From the NCBI GenBank assembly GCA_900550645.1, contig URTA01000004.1, positions 29,832-93,831 of the forward strand: 64,000 nucleotides of DNA, given 5' to 3'. Made by a program: the position numbers and the translations under genes. Below, piece by piece: positions 21,146 to 29,280 of the stretch. The DNA is from an uncultured Porphyromonadaceae bacterium. Its GTDB lineage: Bacteria; Bacteroidota; Bacteroidia; Bacteroidales; Muribaculaceae. Below the pieces are notes generated by a model, which saw nothing but the letters and a program-made list of their open reading frames with translations, had not been told where the DNA came from and made no database searches. The first letter of the stretch is position 1. Each line of letters starts with the position of its first letter.

Positions 21146-21782
21146 TAGGGTTATATGCACACTGCTGTGCAGTATGATGCTGGCTGTGCTGGCTTCTTGC
21201 AACGGCGACGACACCCCGCAGCCCACCCCTGTCAGCTTCACCGACTTTGCCACTGTCGTGACTTCCGGCGAGGGGCAGGACACGCAGCTTGACATACAGC
21301 GCACGCCCTCGTCACCTCTGGTGCGTCTGCGCAGCAGCCAGACACTTGAAGGAGCAAAGGAGGGGCAGCGTATTGTAGTCTGCTGGCAGGCAAGCCCCGC
21401 AGACACCGTTTTGCGCCCCGTGCCGGTGGTGATATGCTCTGCCGCCGCGATACCGTATTGCAAGGTCAAAGCATATTCTATGGACGAGATACGCCGCATG
21501 AGACAAGTCAGCTATAAAGTGCTGTCCGCCGCTCGCGTGGGCGACTACCTGAATATGCAGCTCACGGTGCAGAGCAACGCTCGCGACACGCGCTTCGCCA
21601 TGGTGGCCGACGAGGCTACTCTGGAACAGGAGACCGTAGACTGCTATCTGGTGGGGGAGAACCTCCCCGAAAATGGAGCATACGTCAACCGCCGCACTTA
21701 CGCCTCGTTTGACATAAGCGGGATTGCGCCACGCTCGGGGCAGCAAGTGCGTCTATGCAATATTGACCAAACCGACCAATAA
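21117..21782 (+). CDS. Lipoprotein, possibly NigD-like
   Basis: Lipobox LASC. About 220 aa two-domain lipoprotein. Family assignment is tentative. Confidence 0.4.
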   Translation: MKRMKVIMNNRVICTLLCSMMLAVLASCNGDDTPQPTPVSFTDFATVVTSGEGQDTQLDIQRTPSSPLVRLRSSQTLEGAKEGQRIVVCWQASPADTVLRPVPVVICSAAAIPYCKVKAYSMDEIRRMRQVSYKVLSAARVGDYLNMQLTVQSNARDTRFAMVADEATLEQETVDCYLVGENLPENGAYVNRRTYASFDISGIAPRSGQQVRLCNIDQTDQ

Positions 21783-21799
21783 AACTAATCGCAAGGCAA

Positions 21800-22711
21800 A
21801 TGGCACGAGACCTCTTCTCCCGGTATGTGTGGATAGTAGATACAATAACCCGCTACGGCAGCATTTCACGCGAGCGGCTCAACCAGCTGTGGATGCGCTC
21901 TCACCTGAGCGACGGCAACCCCATACCCGAGCGTACATTCTTCCACTACCGCCGCGCCATTGAGGAGAACTTCCACATCGACATCGAGTGCGGCAAGGAC
22001 GGCGAGTACCGTGTCAAGCGTCCTGCCGGGATGCGCGACAAGGCGTTTTCCAACTGGCTGCTCGATTCATACGCTGTGCGTACCGCCATGAGCGGCGAGA
22101 GCGCGGCGGCAATGGTGATGGTCGATGACGTGCCCTCCTCGCGGCAGTTCCTCTCACGAGCCATCGAGGCAGCGGCACACCACGAGAAAATCATATTCTC
22201 TTACGCCGGCTTCAACCGTTCGCGCGTGGAGCGTGACATACACTACCACCCGTATTTCCTCCGCCTGTACAAGCAGCGGTGGTACATGGTAGGCTTAAAG
22301 GAAGGGGACGACCCTGCCTCCCCCTCTCACGGCATACGCACATACGCCCTCGACCGCGTCAAGGAAATGACGCTCACCGGCGAGGAGTTTGAGATGCCGG
22401 AAGGCACAAGCCCCGAGGGCTTCTTTGCCGATATCATCGGCATAACTTCGTCGCATGCGAGTGTGCGCGACGTGCGTATACGCACATCGCCACGCCAGGC
22501 CAAATACCTGCGTGCGCTGCCGCTGCACCATTCGCAGCAGGAGCAGGTGCATCAGGACTATTCCATATTCACATACCGCCTCAAGCTGAACTACGAGCTC
22601 GTGCATGAACTGCTGAGCCTCGGGGCTGACGTTGAGGCACTCGAGCCGCCCGAACTCCGCGCCATGCTTGCCGACGAGGTGCGGCGGCTCGCCGATGTAT
22701 ACCTGAAATGA
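21800..22711 (+). CDS. WYL domain-containing transcriptional regulator (wHTH-WYL-WCX architecture)
   Basis: N-terminal wHTH-like region. Central segment IFSYAGFNRSRVERDIHYHPYFLRLYKQRWYMVGL, a typical WYL core. C-terminal extension. Confidence 0.6.
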   Translation: MARDLFSRYVWIVDTITRYGSISRERLNQLWMRSHLSDGNPIPERTFFHYRRAIEENFHIDIECGKDGEYRVKRPAGMRDKAFSNWLLDSYAVRTAMSGESAAAMVMVDDVPSSRQFLSRAIEAAAHHEKIIFSYAGFNRSRVERDIHYHPYFLRLYKQRWYMVGLKEGDDPASPSHGIRTYALDRVKEMTLTGEEFEMPEGTSPEGFFADIIGITSSHASVRDVRIRTSPRQAKYLRALPLHHSQQEQVHQDYSIFTYRLKLNYELVHELLSLGADVEALEPPELRAMLADEVRRLADVYLK

Positions 22712-22724
22712 CAACACCCACGAC

Positions 22725-23435
22725 ATGACTCAAGATAACACCCGACTGTTCCCATCGCCGCTTCGTGCCGCCCTCATCGACATGGACGGCGTGCTGTATG
22801 ACTCCATGCCTCACCATGCACTGGCGTGGCAGCGTATGTTCGCTGAAATCGGTGTGAATGTCACCTCCGGCGAGTTCTTCGGCTATGAAGGTATGACCGG
22901 CAGCGCGACCATTGACCTGGTGATGCAGCGCGAGCGCGGCTTGACACTCCCCGACGAGGAGAAGAAGCGGCTCTATGCCCGCAAGACGCAGCTGTTCCGC
23001 GAAATGGGCGAGGTTGAGCTGATGCCTGGCGCTGACCGTATGCTCGCTTCGCTGCAGCGTGCTGGCGTGAGGTGCGTGCTTGTGACCGGCTCGGGACAGT
23101 CATCGGTCATCTCGCGCATTGACCGCGACTATCCCGGCGTGTTCGCTGCGGCCGACCGCATCACCGCTCTCGATGTGACCCACGGCAAGCCGCATCCCGA
23201 GCCGTATATGCGCGGGCTTGCGATAGCCGGCACTGACGCTGCGCATGCCATAGTGATAGAAAACGCGCCGCTCGGCGTGCGGGCCGGCATAGCCGCCGGG
23301 CTGTTCACCGTGGCTGTGACCACAGGCCCCATAGCGCGGCAGGCCTTTGTGGACGAAGGCGCGGACATGATATTCCCTTCAATGGAGGAATTTGCCGACG
23401 CGCTCCCAAAACTTATAGTATCCCGAAAATCATGA
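22725..23435 (+). CDS. HAD-IA family hydrolase (beta-phosphoglucomutase-like)
   Basis: Motif I DMDGVLYDS. Motif II VTGS. Motif IV ENAPLGVRAGIAAG. Confidence 0.7.
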   Translation: MTQDNTRLFPSPLRAALIDMDGVLYDSMPHHALAWQRMFAEIGVNVTSGEFFGYEGMTGSATIDLVMQRERGLTLPDEEKKRLYARKTQLFREMGEVELMPGADRMLASLQRAGVRCVLVTGSGQSSVISRIDRDYPGVFAAADRITALDVTHGKPHPEPYMRGLAIAGTDAAHAIVIENAPLGVRAGIAAGLFTVAVTTGPIARQAFVDEGADMIFPSMEEFADALPKLIVSRKS

Positions 23436-24541
23436 AAGTAACCAGTTGCAACACCTTTGGCCTCAATGAGCTGTCGCGGCATGCAACGGGAGCCTCGATT
23501 GACAGGCTCGTTGTCATCACTGACAGCAATGTCAGTCCCCTGCTGCCTGGCATCATCACACCCGGCGACCCTCTGCTCTCCTCGCCGACTATCGTCATAC
23601 CAGCCGGCGAGCAGAACAAGACTATCGAAACGGCAGAGCATATATGGGCGGAGATGCAGCGTCTCGGCATGACACGCAGCTCATTCGTCGTCAATGTCGG
23701 CGGCGGCATGGTCACTGACATCGGCGGATTTGCGGCTGCCACATACCGGCGAGGCATCCCATTCGCCAACGTCGCCACAACGCTCCTCGGCGCGGTGGAC
23801 GCTGCCGTCGGGGGAAAGACTGGCGTGAATTTCGGCGGGCTGAAGAACCAGGTCGGCGTGTTCGCCATGCCCACGCACACGTACATCCCCTTCGCTGCGT
23901 TCAAAACACTGCCTCACGAAGAGCTGCTGTCGGGTTACGGCGAAATGCTCAAGACGAGCTATATATTCAGCGAAGAGCTTGTACGCAAGATAATGGATGC
24001 AGCTCCTATGCTCGATGACCTTGTCAATGAGGTGCCGGATGTCACGCCGCCGCTTGAAGATCCCGACACAACCTCGCTTGGGTATATGATAGGGGAATGT
24101 TCTCGCCACAAGGGCTTTGTGGTGAGCCAAGACCCCCACGAGCAAGGGATGCGCAAGTGCCTCAACTTCGGGCATACCTGCGGTCACGCTTTCGAGGAGA
24201 TGATGCTCGCCCGGGGCAATGCGCTGCCTCATGGCATCGCTGTGGCGCACGGCATCCTCGTTGCGCTTATTTTGAGCCATTTGCGGCTTGCTCTCCCCTC
24301 TGAGGAGGTATACCGCTACGCGGATTTCCTGAAAGCCGTGTTCCCGAGGATAGCCGTCAGCTGCAACGACTATCCGCAGCTGCTGGAGTTTCTGGCCGGC
24401 GACAAGAAGAACCGGGCTGACGGCAAAATGCTCTTTGTGTTGTTGCGTGGCACAGTCGGCAAGGTAAGTTCTGTCGAACCTGTTGAGCCTCATGAGGTCG
24501 AGGCGGCACTCGATATATACCGCGACTTGACCGGGCAGTAG
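23432..24541 (+). CDS. aroB: 3-dehydroquinate synthase
   Basis: VGGGMVTDIGGFAAATYRRGIPF...TTLL matches the AroB GGGVIGDLxGFAAA core. Conserved metal-binding His residues are present. Confidence 0.75.
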   Translation: MKVTSCNTFGLNELSRHATGASIDRLVVITDSNVSPLLPGIITPGDPLLSSPTIVIPAGEQNKTIETAEHIWAEMQRLGMTRSSFVVNVGGGMVTDIGGFAAATYRRGIPFANVATTLLGAVDAAVGGKTGVNFGGLKNQVGVFAMPTHTYIPFAAFKTLPHEELLSGYGEMLKTSYIFSEELVRKIMDAAPMLDDLVNEVPDVTPPLEDPDTTSLGYMIGECSRHKGFVVSQDPHEQGMRKCLNFGHTCGHAFEEMMLARGNALPHGIAVAHGILVALILSHLRLALPSEEVYRYADFLKAVFPRIAVSCNDYPQLLEFLAGDKKNRADGKMLFVLLRGTVGKVSSVEPVEPHEVEAALDIYRDLTGQ

Positions 24542-24551
24542 CCGCCGGCTG

Positions 24552-25091
24552 TCAGTCGATTGTGTCGGAAATTGAGATGACTATGCGGCATCCGTCCAGC
24601 CCCTCGTCTCCCATTCCCTTAAAGGAGATGTAGCCGTGGTCAGTGCGGTATACGCGCTCCTCGCTGCGGTCGCTGCGGTGGTGGCTCACCATACGCTCGC
24701 GCTTCAGGTCGAGGCAATACGACAGGTAGCCCACCAGGTCATTGCCCACCAGGTCGCCCCCGTGCAGGTTTGTGATTTCGGCGCGTGTCGGCGCGGCGAT
24801 GCGCACACGCCATGTCCCGGGATTGCTCATAGAGTCGATGTACAGCGGCGCTCCAACGCCGTCTGTGAGTATGCCGGTGAAATCGTATGCCGTAGAGTCG
24901 AAAGGCTCGCCCACACGCAGCGCGTCCGTCAGGCTGCGCACCGTCATGCCGATGTCGTTGTCTGCATGAAAAGGCTTTGCCTCATGTGCCTTGCCGTCTT
25001 GCGCGTGTCTGTCGCCGCGTCCGCACGATGCCAATAAGGCCACACACGCCACTGAAACGGCTGAAATCACAACCGCTGCGCGTGCAAACAT
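24552..25091 (-). CDS. Hypothetical lipoprotein
   Basis: Lipobox LLASC after the MFARAAVVISAVSVACVA signal peptide. No family recognised. Confidence 0.5.
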   Translation of the reverse strand: MFARAAVVISAVSVACVALLASCGRGDRHAQDGKAHEAKPFHADNDIGMTVRSLTDALRVGEPFDSTAYDFTGILTDGVGAPLYIDSMSNPGTWRVRIAAPTRAEITNLHGGDLVGNDLVGYLSYCLDLKRERMVSHHRSDRSEERVYRTDHGYISFKGMGDEGLDGCRIVISISDTID

Positions 25092-25225
25092 CTTCAGACG
25101 TATGGAACTTGCCGTTAACATCCCTTGTTGTTGCCGTTAAATTCGCTGTGCAAAATTACTGCCTTTCCACGAAACTGAAAAATTTCTGCGTCCAAAAATG
25201 CACCCATATTTCACCCCTGAAACAG

Positions 25226-26581
25226 TCAGTCGAGCGAGCCGATGACGCTGGAGACGTTGGAGAAGAACATGACGTAATATATCGGCATATATGTGATGCC
25301 TCCTTCGATGTATACGCGCTGCTCGTTTGACAGCACATACGCTCGTTTGACATTGTATTCGCTGACAGACAGGAAGCGGTCGAGTGCGCTGTGAATCTTG
25401 TAGTCCTTGCCCAATTTGACCTCAATGGGTATGTTGGAGAGGCTGTCCGCATCGTCTATCAGGTAGTCCACTTCGCCGTTCTTCTTGTTGTCGTAATAGT
25501 ACAGCGGGTATCCGTGCGCCCTAAGCTCCTGTGCCACAACGGTTTCATAGACTGAACCGAGGTTGATGCCAGCTGTGTCTGTCATCACGGCGTTGATGTT
25601 GTTGCGGAAATAGATGCCCGACAACAGCCCAACGTCGTTCATGTACAGTTTAAGGAGGTTCTTGCCGCTGTTCTCAACAAGCGGGTATGAGGGTTTGCTG
25701 ACGGCACGCACCTCGAGAGCCACGCCCGAGGAAATGAGGTAGTCGAACTCCTCGGCATAGTCGCTGCTGCGTTTCCAGTCTTTGCCTTCTATATCTCTGA
25801 TAACAATCCGTTTCCTGCGGTTTTCGAACACAGAGGGAATCATGTCGTATATCCGCTTGATTTTCAGTCGGCGGTTGCTTTGGTCTTCATATTTTGAGGC
25901 ATCTACTCCATACAAGTCGAGTACTTCACGCTGTATGTCACGCACTTCGACGATGTTTTTGTCTTCGACGTATGAGGCAACGGCTTTAGGCAGACCGCCG
26001 ACGAGCAGGTATTTGCGGAACAGGTTCAGCATCCGTGCGTGTATAGCGTCAGGCAGCGAGGCGTTGCTGTCGAAGCATTCCTTCATGGTCTGCACTGCCG
26101 CCTCGCCTACGCCGTTGGCATACAGGAACTCCTCGAAGTCCATGGGGTACATGTGCTGTACCTTGAGGCTGCCGAGCGGCAGCGACTGTGTCTTGCGGAG
26201 AGACACGCCGAGCAGCGAGCCGCTGGCGATGTAGGTGAAGCGGCGGTCGCGCATCAGGAACTTGACGAGTGTCAGCAAGTGGTCGTATGCCTGTATTTCG
26301 TCGATGAATACAAGCGTTGAGGCGCGGTCTTTCATCTTGTCGCCGGCAACCATGCTGACTGCCAGGTAGAAGTCCTCGACAGTACGTGCTTCGGCAAACA
26401 CGCGGTCGCCGAGCTTGTCCTCCTCCATGTTTATCTCAATGTAGTTCGGGAACATTTTCTGCCCTACGCTGCGTATGATGTATGACTTGCCTATTTGGCG
26501 TGCGCCGTCGATGACGAGCATCCGGTCGGAGTCAGATGACAAATATTCCTCTATCTGCTGGGCTATCTTCCTGTACAGCAT
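25226..26581 (-). CDS. AAA+ ATPase with DUF4143 domain (second paralog in the window)
   Basis: Walker A GARQIGKSY. Same architecture as 5526..6680. Start chosen at MLYRKIAQQ. Confidence 0.8.
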   Translation of the reverse strand: MLYRKIAQQIEEYLSSDSDRMLVIDGARQIGKSYIIRSVGQKMFPNYIEINMEEDKLGDRVFAEARTVEDFYLAVSMVAGDKMKDRASTLVFIDEIQAYDHLLTLVKFLMRDRRFTYIASGSLLGVSLRKTQSLPLGSLKVQHMYPMDFEEFLYANGVGEAAVQTMKECFDSNASLPDAIHARMLNLFRKYLLVGGLPKAVASYVEDKNIVEVRDIQREVLDLYGVDASKYEDQSNRRLKIKRIYDMIPSVFENRRKRIVIRDIEGKDWKRSSDYAEEFDYLISSGVALEVRAVSKPSYPLVENSGKNLLKLYMNDVGLLSGIYFRNNINAVMTDTAGINLGSVYETVVAQELRAHGYPLYYYDNKKNGEVDYLIDDADSLSNIPIEVKLGKDYKIHSALDRFLSVSEYNVKRAYVLSNEQRVYIEGGITYMPIYYVMFFSNVSSVIGSLD

Positions 26582-26629
26582 TGTGTAACGTCGTTGGTTT
26601 GACACTGCAAAGTTAGTGATTTTTATTTG

Positions 26630-26720
26630 GACAGGTGCGTTTTCTGCGAAAAATGACCCTCGAAAAGGTGCGTTTTCCGCGATTTTGAGGGGTTGAAAAG
26701 GTGCGTTTTCCGAAGATGCG
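26630..26720. repeat. Three tandem copies of a ~34 bp unit containing AAAGGTGCGTTTTCCG in a divergent intergenic region
   Basis: Read directly: ACAGGTGCGTTTTCTGCGAAAAATGACCCTCGAAAAGGTGCGTTTTCCGCGATTTTGAGGGGTTGAAAAGGTGCGTTTTCCGAAG. Units also contain a CCCTC/GAGGG inverted pair. Confidence 0.55.
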
Positions 26721-26765
26721 TGGTCGGCTGTGGCGGAAAATGTTGGCTGTTCGGGGGCAATTCGC

Positions 26766-26773
26766 TATATTTG
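26766..26773 (+). promoter_or_regulatory. -7 box TATATTTG 7 nt upstream of the flippase ATG
   Basis: Matches the TAnnTTTG consensus. Context TTCGCTATATTTGCACTGCAATG is nearly identical to the tcdA promoter context. Confidence 0.35.
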
Positions 26774-26780
26774 CACTGCA

Positions 26781-28244
26781 ATGGGAGGCAATACAGACAA
26801 TGCGCCCGGCCAGTCGCTGAAGCAGCGGACGGCGCGGACGCTGAAATGGAACACGATAGACCGTGTGTCGCAGCAGGTGGCACTCGCGGTCATCGGCGTT
26901 GTGCTTGCCAACCTGCTCTCGCGTGAGGACTACGGCCTGACGGGCGTGATAGCCATGTTTCAGGCATTCGCCATTGTGTTTGTTGACAGCGGCTTCGGCG
27001 CGGCTCTGTTGCAGAAGAAGGAGACTGACGAGCGCGACTATAGCACGGTGTTCTGGTTCAACATTGCCGTGGCGGTGGGGATATACATAATCTTGTGGTT
27101 TGCCGCGCCGCTGATAGCCGATTTCTTCCGCAGCGAGCGGCTTGTGCTGCTGTCGCGTGTGATGTTCCTGTCGTTCATCCTCAACGCGCTGGGCATTGTG
27201 CAGACCAATCGCCTGATGAAGCAGATGGAGGTGCGCCAGATAGCGTTGAGCAACCTCGCGGGGCTTGCCGTGTCAGGCGCGGTAGGCATCTGGCTCGCCG
27301 TGACGGGCTGGGGCGTGTGGGCGTTGGTATGGCAGACGGTCAGCCTTGCTTTCGTCAAGACAGCTTGGCTGTGGCTGGCGGTGCGGTGGCGGCCCGTGTG
27401 GGTGTTCAGCCGCGAGTCTATGCGCAGCATACGGCGCGTGGGCATGGGGGTGTTTTCCAGCTCGCTGCTCAATACGTTCTTCCTCAACCTGTACACTTTC
27501 GTCATCGGGCGTTGGTCGCTGGGGATGCTGGGCGTGTACACACAGGCCGACAAGTGGAGCAAGATGGGGACAGCGTCGCTGTCGCAGATTATCACTGCCA
27601 CCTTTGTGCCGCTGCTGTCACGCTTCCAGGACAACGCTGCCGAGTTTGTGCGCTATGTGCGGCGTGTTGACCGGTTTGCCGCGCTGACGGTTGTGCCGCT
27701 CATGGCTGGGCTTGCCATGATAGCCACGCCGCTGTTTCACACGCTGTTCGGCACGAAATGGGACGATGCCATACCGCTGTTCCAGATACTGTCGCTGCGC
27801 GGCGTGTTCATAATCTTCATTTCCGTTTACAACAATTACCTGCTCGCAGCCGGGCGTGCCGGGTCGCTGGTGGTGGTCGAGACTGTCAAGGACGTGACGA
27901 TGCTTGCGGCATTGGCGGTGACGGTTTTCATCGGTACAGTCGAGGCGTTGGTGTGGGGGCAGATGGTCGCCTCCGCGCTGACATGGGTGTACGTGCTGCT
28001 TCTCACCTCGCGCAAGACCGCATGCCGCGTGCGGTATATGCTCGCCGACATGGTGCCGGCGTTGGCACTGAGTGCCGCAGCCCTCGCCGCCGGGTGGGGA
28101 GTGTCGCTGGTGACGGACGAGGCAGCGGTTCAGCTTGTGCTGCGCATTGCGGTAGCTGCCGTGGTGTACGTCACGCTGGCGTGCGCACTGCGCTTGCCGG
28201 AAGTCGCTGATGCCCGCGCATACATCCTCAAACGCCGCAATTGA
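26781..28244 (+). CDS. Oligosaccharide/polysaccharide flippase (Wzx-like, MOP superfamily)
   Basis: About 12-14 TM helices. Typical polysaccharide biosynthesis protein N-terminus (LKxxxxxTLKWNTIDRVSQQ). Confidence 0.7.
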   Translation: MGGNTDNAPGQSLKQRTARTLKWNTIDRVSQQVALAVIGVVLANLLSREDYGLTGVIAMFQAFAIVFVDSGFGAALLQKKETDERDYSTVFWFNIAVAVGIYIILWFAAPLIADFFRSERLVLLSRVMFLSFILNALGIVQTNRLMKQMEVRQIALSNLAGLAVSGAVGIWLAVTGWGVWALVWQTVSLAFVKTAWLWLAVRWRPVWVFSRESMRSIRRVGMGVFSSSLLNTFFLNLYTFVIGRWSLGMLGVYTQADKWSKMGTASLSQIITATFVPLLSRFQDNAAEFVRYVRRVDRFAALTVVPLMAGLAMIATPLFHTLFGTKWDDAIPLFQILSLRGVFIIFISVYNNYLLAAGRAGSLVVVETVKDVTMLAALAVTVFIGTVEALVWGQMVASALTWVYVLLLTSRKTACRVRYMLADMVPALALSAAALAAGWGVSLVTDEAAVQLVLRIAVAAVVYVTLACALRLPEVADARAYILKRRN

Positions 28245-28280
28245 GAACGCATCGTGTTTCCTGGACGGAATTTGACCGGG

Positions 28281-29276
28281 TTATTCCTGTGAGAGGCGCA
28301 GAAGCGGCATCACGTCCAAGTCCTTGGTGTCGAGCGTGTATGTGCCGAATACGCCCACTCCGCCGTCTATGTTGTTGTAGTATTTCATCGGCTCGCTCAC
28401 GCCTATGTCCACCATGCCGCCGTGCAGCCCGTCGGAGAGCGGGTTGTTGTACAGCACACTGACGAGGTATTCGTAGTAGTCACGCGAAATGGCGTACAGC
28501 ATGAACTTGCGCGGCATCTCTACCTCTGTATTGGCGGGCGGAAAAGACCACCCTTCTGTCTGTAAAATCTCCTTCACCAAGAGGGTGTGCGTTTCCCCGT
28601 CAATGCCGTAGTCGGAGAAGGGCAGTCCGTATGGGCAGTACGGCTCCCACCCTGGCACAACTGCGTTGATGCGGCGGGCAAGCTGCTGGAATACATACTC
28701 GTCTGTGAAATCACGCTCCCCCATGGTTATCCCCGGGAGCAAATGGCTGGTCTTGTCGTATTGCAGGAAATAATAGTTTTCCTCGTCTGCCGGGTCGGTG
28801 AACGTCACCTCGTATGAGACGATGTAGTCGGAGCCGGTATACACATACAACGGACCGCGCACCGAAGCGTCGATGCTCTCTATGCTTATCTTGCGCGGGA
28901 TTATGCCTTTGCAGCTGACCGGCTTGTTGTCGTAGACGGTGCGCAGCTCCACTTCATCACCTTCGAGGGGCTTGACTGTTGACATATACAGATGTCTGTT
29001 CTCGTTGTAGGTCAATGTGCCTCGCGACTCGCCGTTGATGTAGAGCGCGATGTCGAGGCCGGTGACGTAGTCATGGTCGGGGTGATCGTCCGAATAGAAG
29101 TAAGTGCGCGTGGCAGCCACCGCGACAGTCGAATCCGGGTTGGCTATCGAATTGAGGGTCAGTATATTTTCGCCCTCCTGTCCCTTGTATTTGTCGAGGT
29201 CTATGTCCTGGTAGCAGCTTGTAGCAACAGCCATGAGCGCGATGCAGGCGGCAAGGCATGGTATTGGGTGTTTCAT
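28281..29276 (-). CDS. DUF4249-like lipoprotein (TonB-receptor-associated)
   Basis: Lipobox ATSC. Size and position immediately downstream of a TonB-dependent receptor match the DUF4249 family. Start chosen at MKHPIPCL. Confidence 0.55.
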   Translation of the reverse strand: MKHPIPCLAACIALMAVATSCYQDIDLDKYKGQEGENILTLNSIANPDSTVAVAATRTYFYSDDHPDHDYVTGLDIALYINGESRGTLTYNENRHLYMSTVKPLEGDEVELRTVYDNKPVSCKGIIPRKISIESIDASVRGPLYVYTGSDYIVSYEVTFTDPADEENYYFLQYDKTSHLLPGITMGERDFTDEYVFQQLARRINAVVPGWEPYCPYGLPFSDYGIDGETHTLLVKEILQTEGWSFPPANTEVEMPRKFMLYAISRDYYEYLVSVLYNNPLSDGLHGGMVDIGVSEPMKYYNNIDGGVGVFGTYTLDTKDLDVMPLLRLSQE

Positions 29277-29280
29277 GTTG

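Noticed and set aside
26630-26720. Possible CRISPR array
   Set aside because: Only three degenerate repeats with about 20 nt spacers that are themselves related to each other, and no cas genes nearby. It fits a promoter or operator tandem repeat better than a CRISPR.
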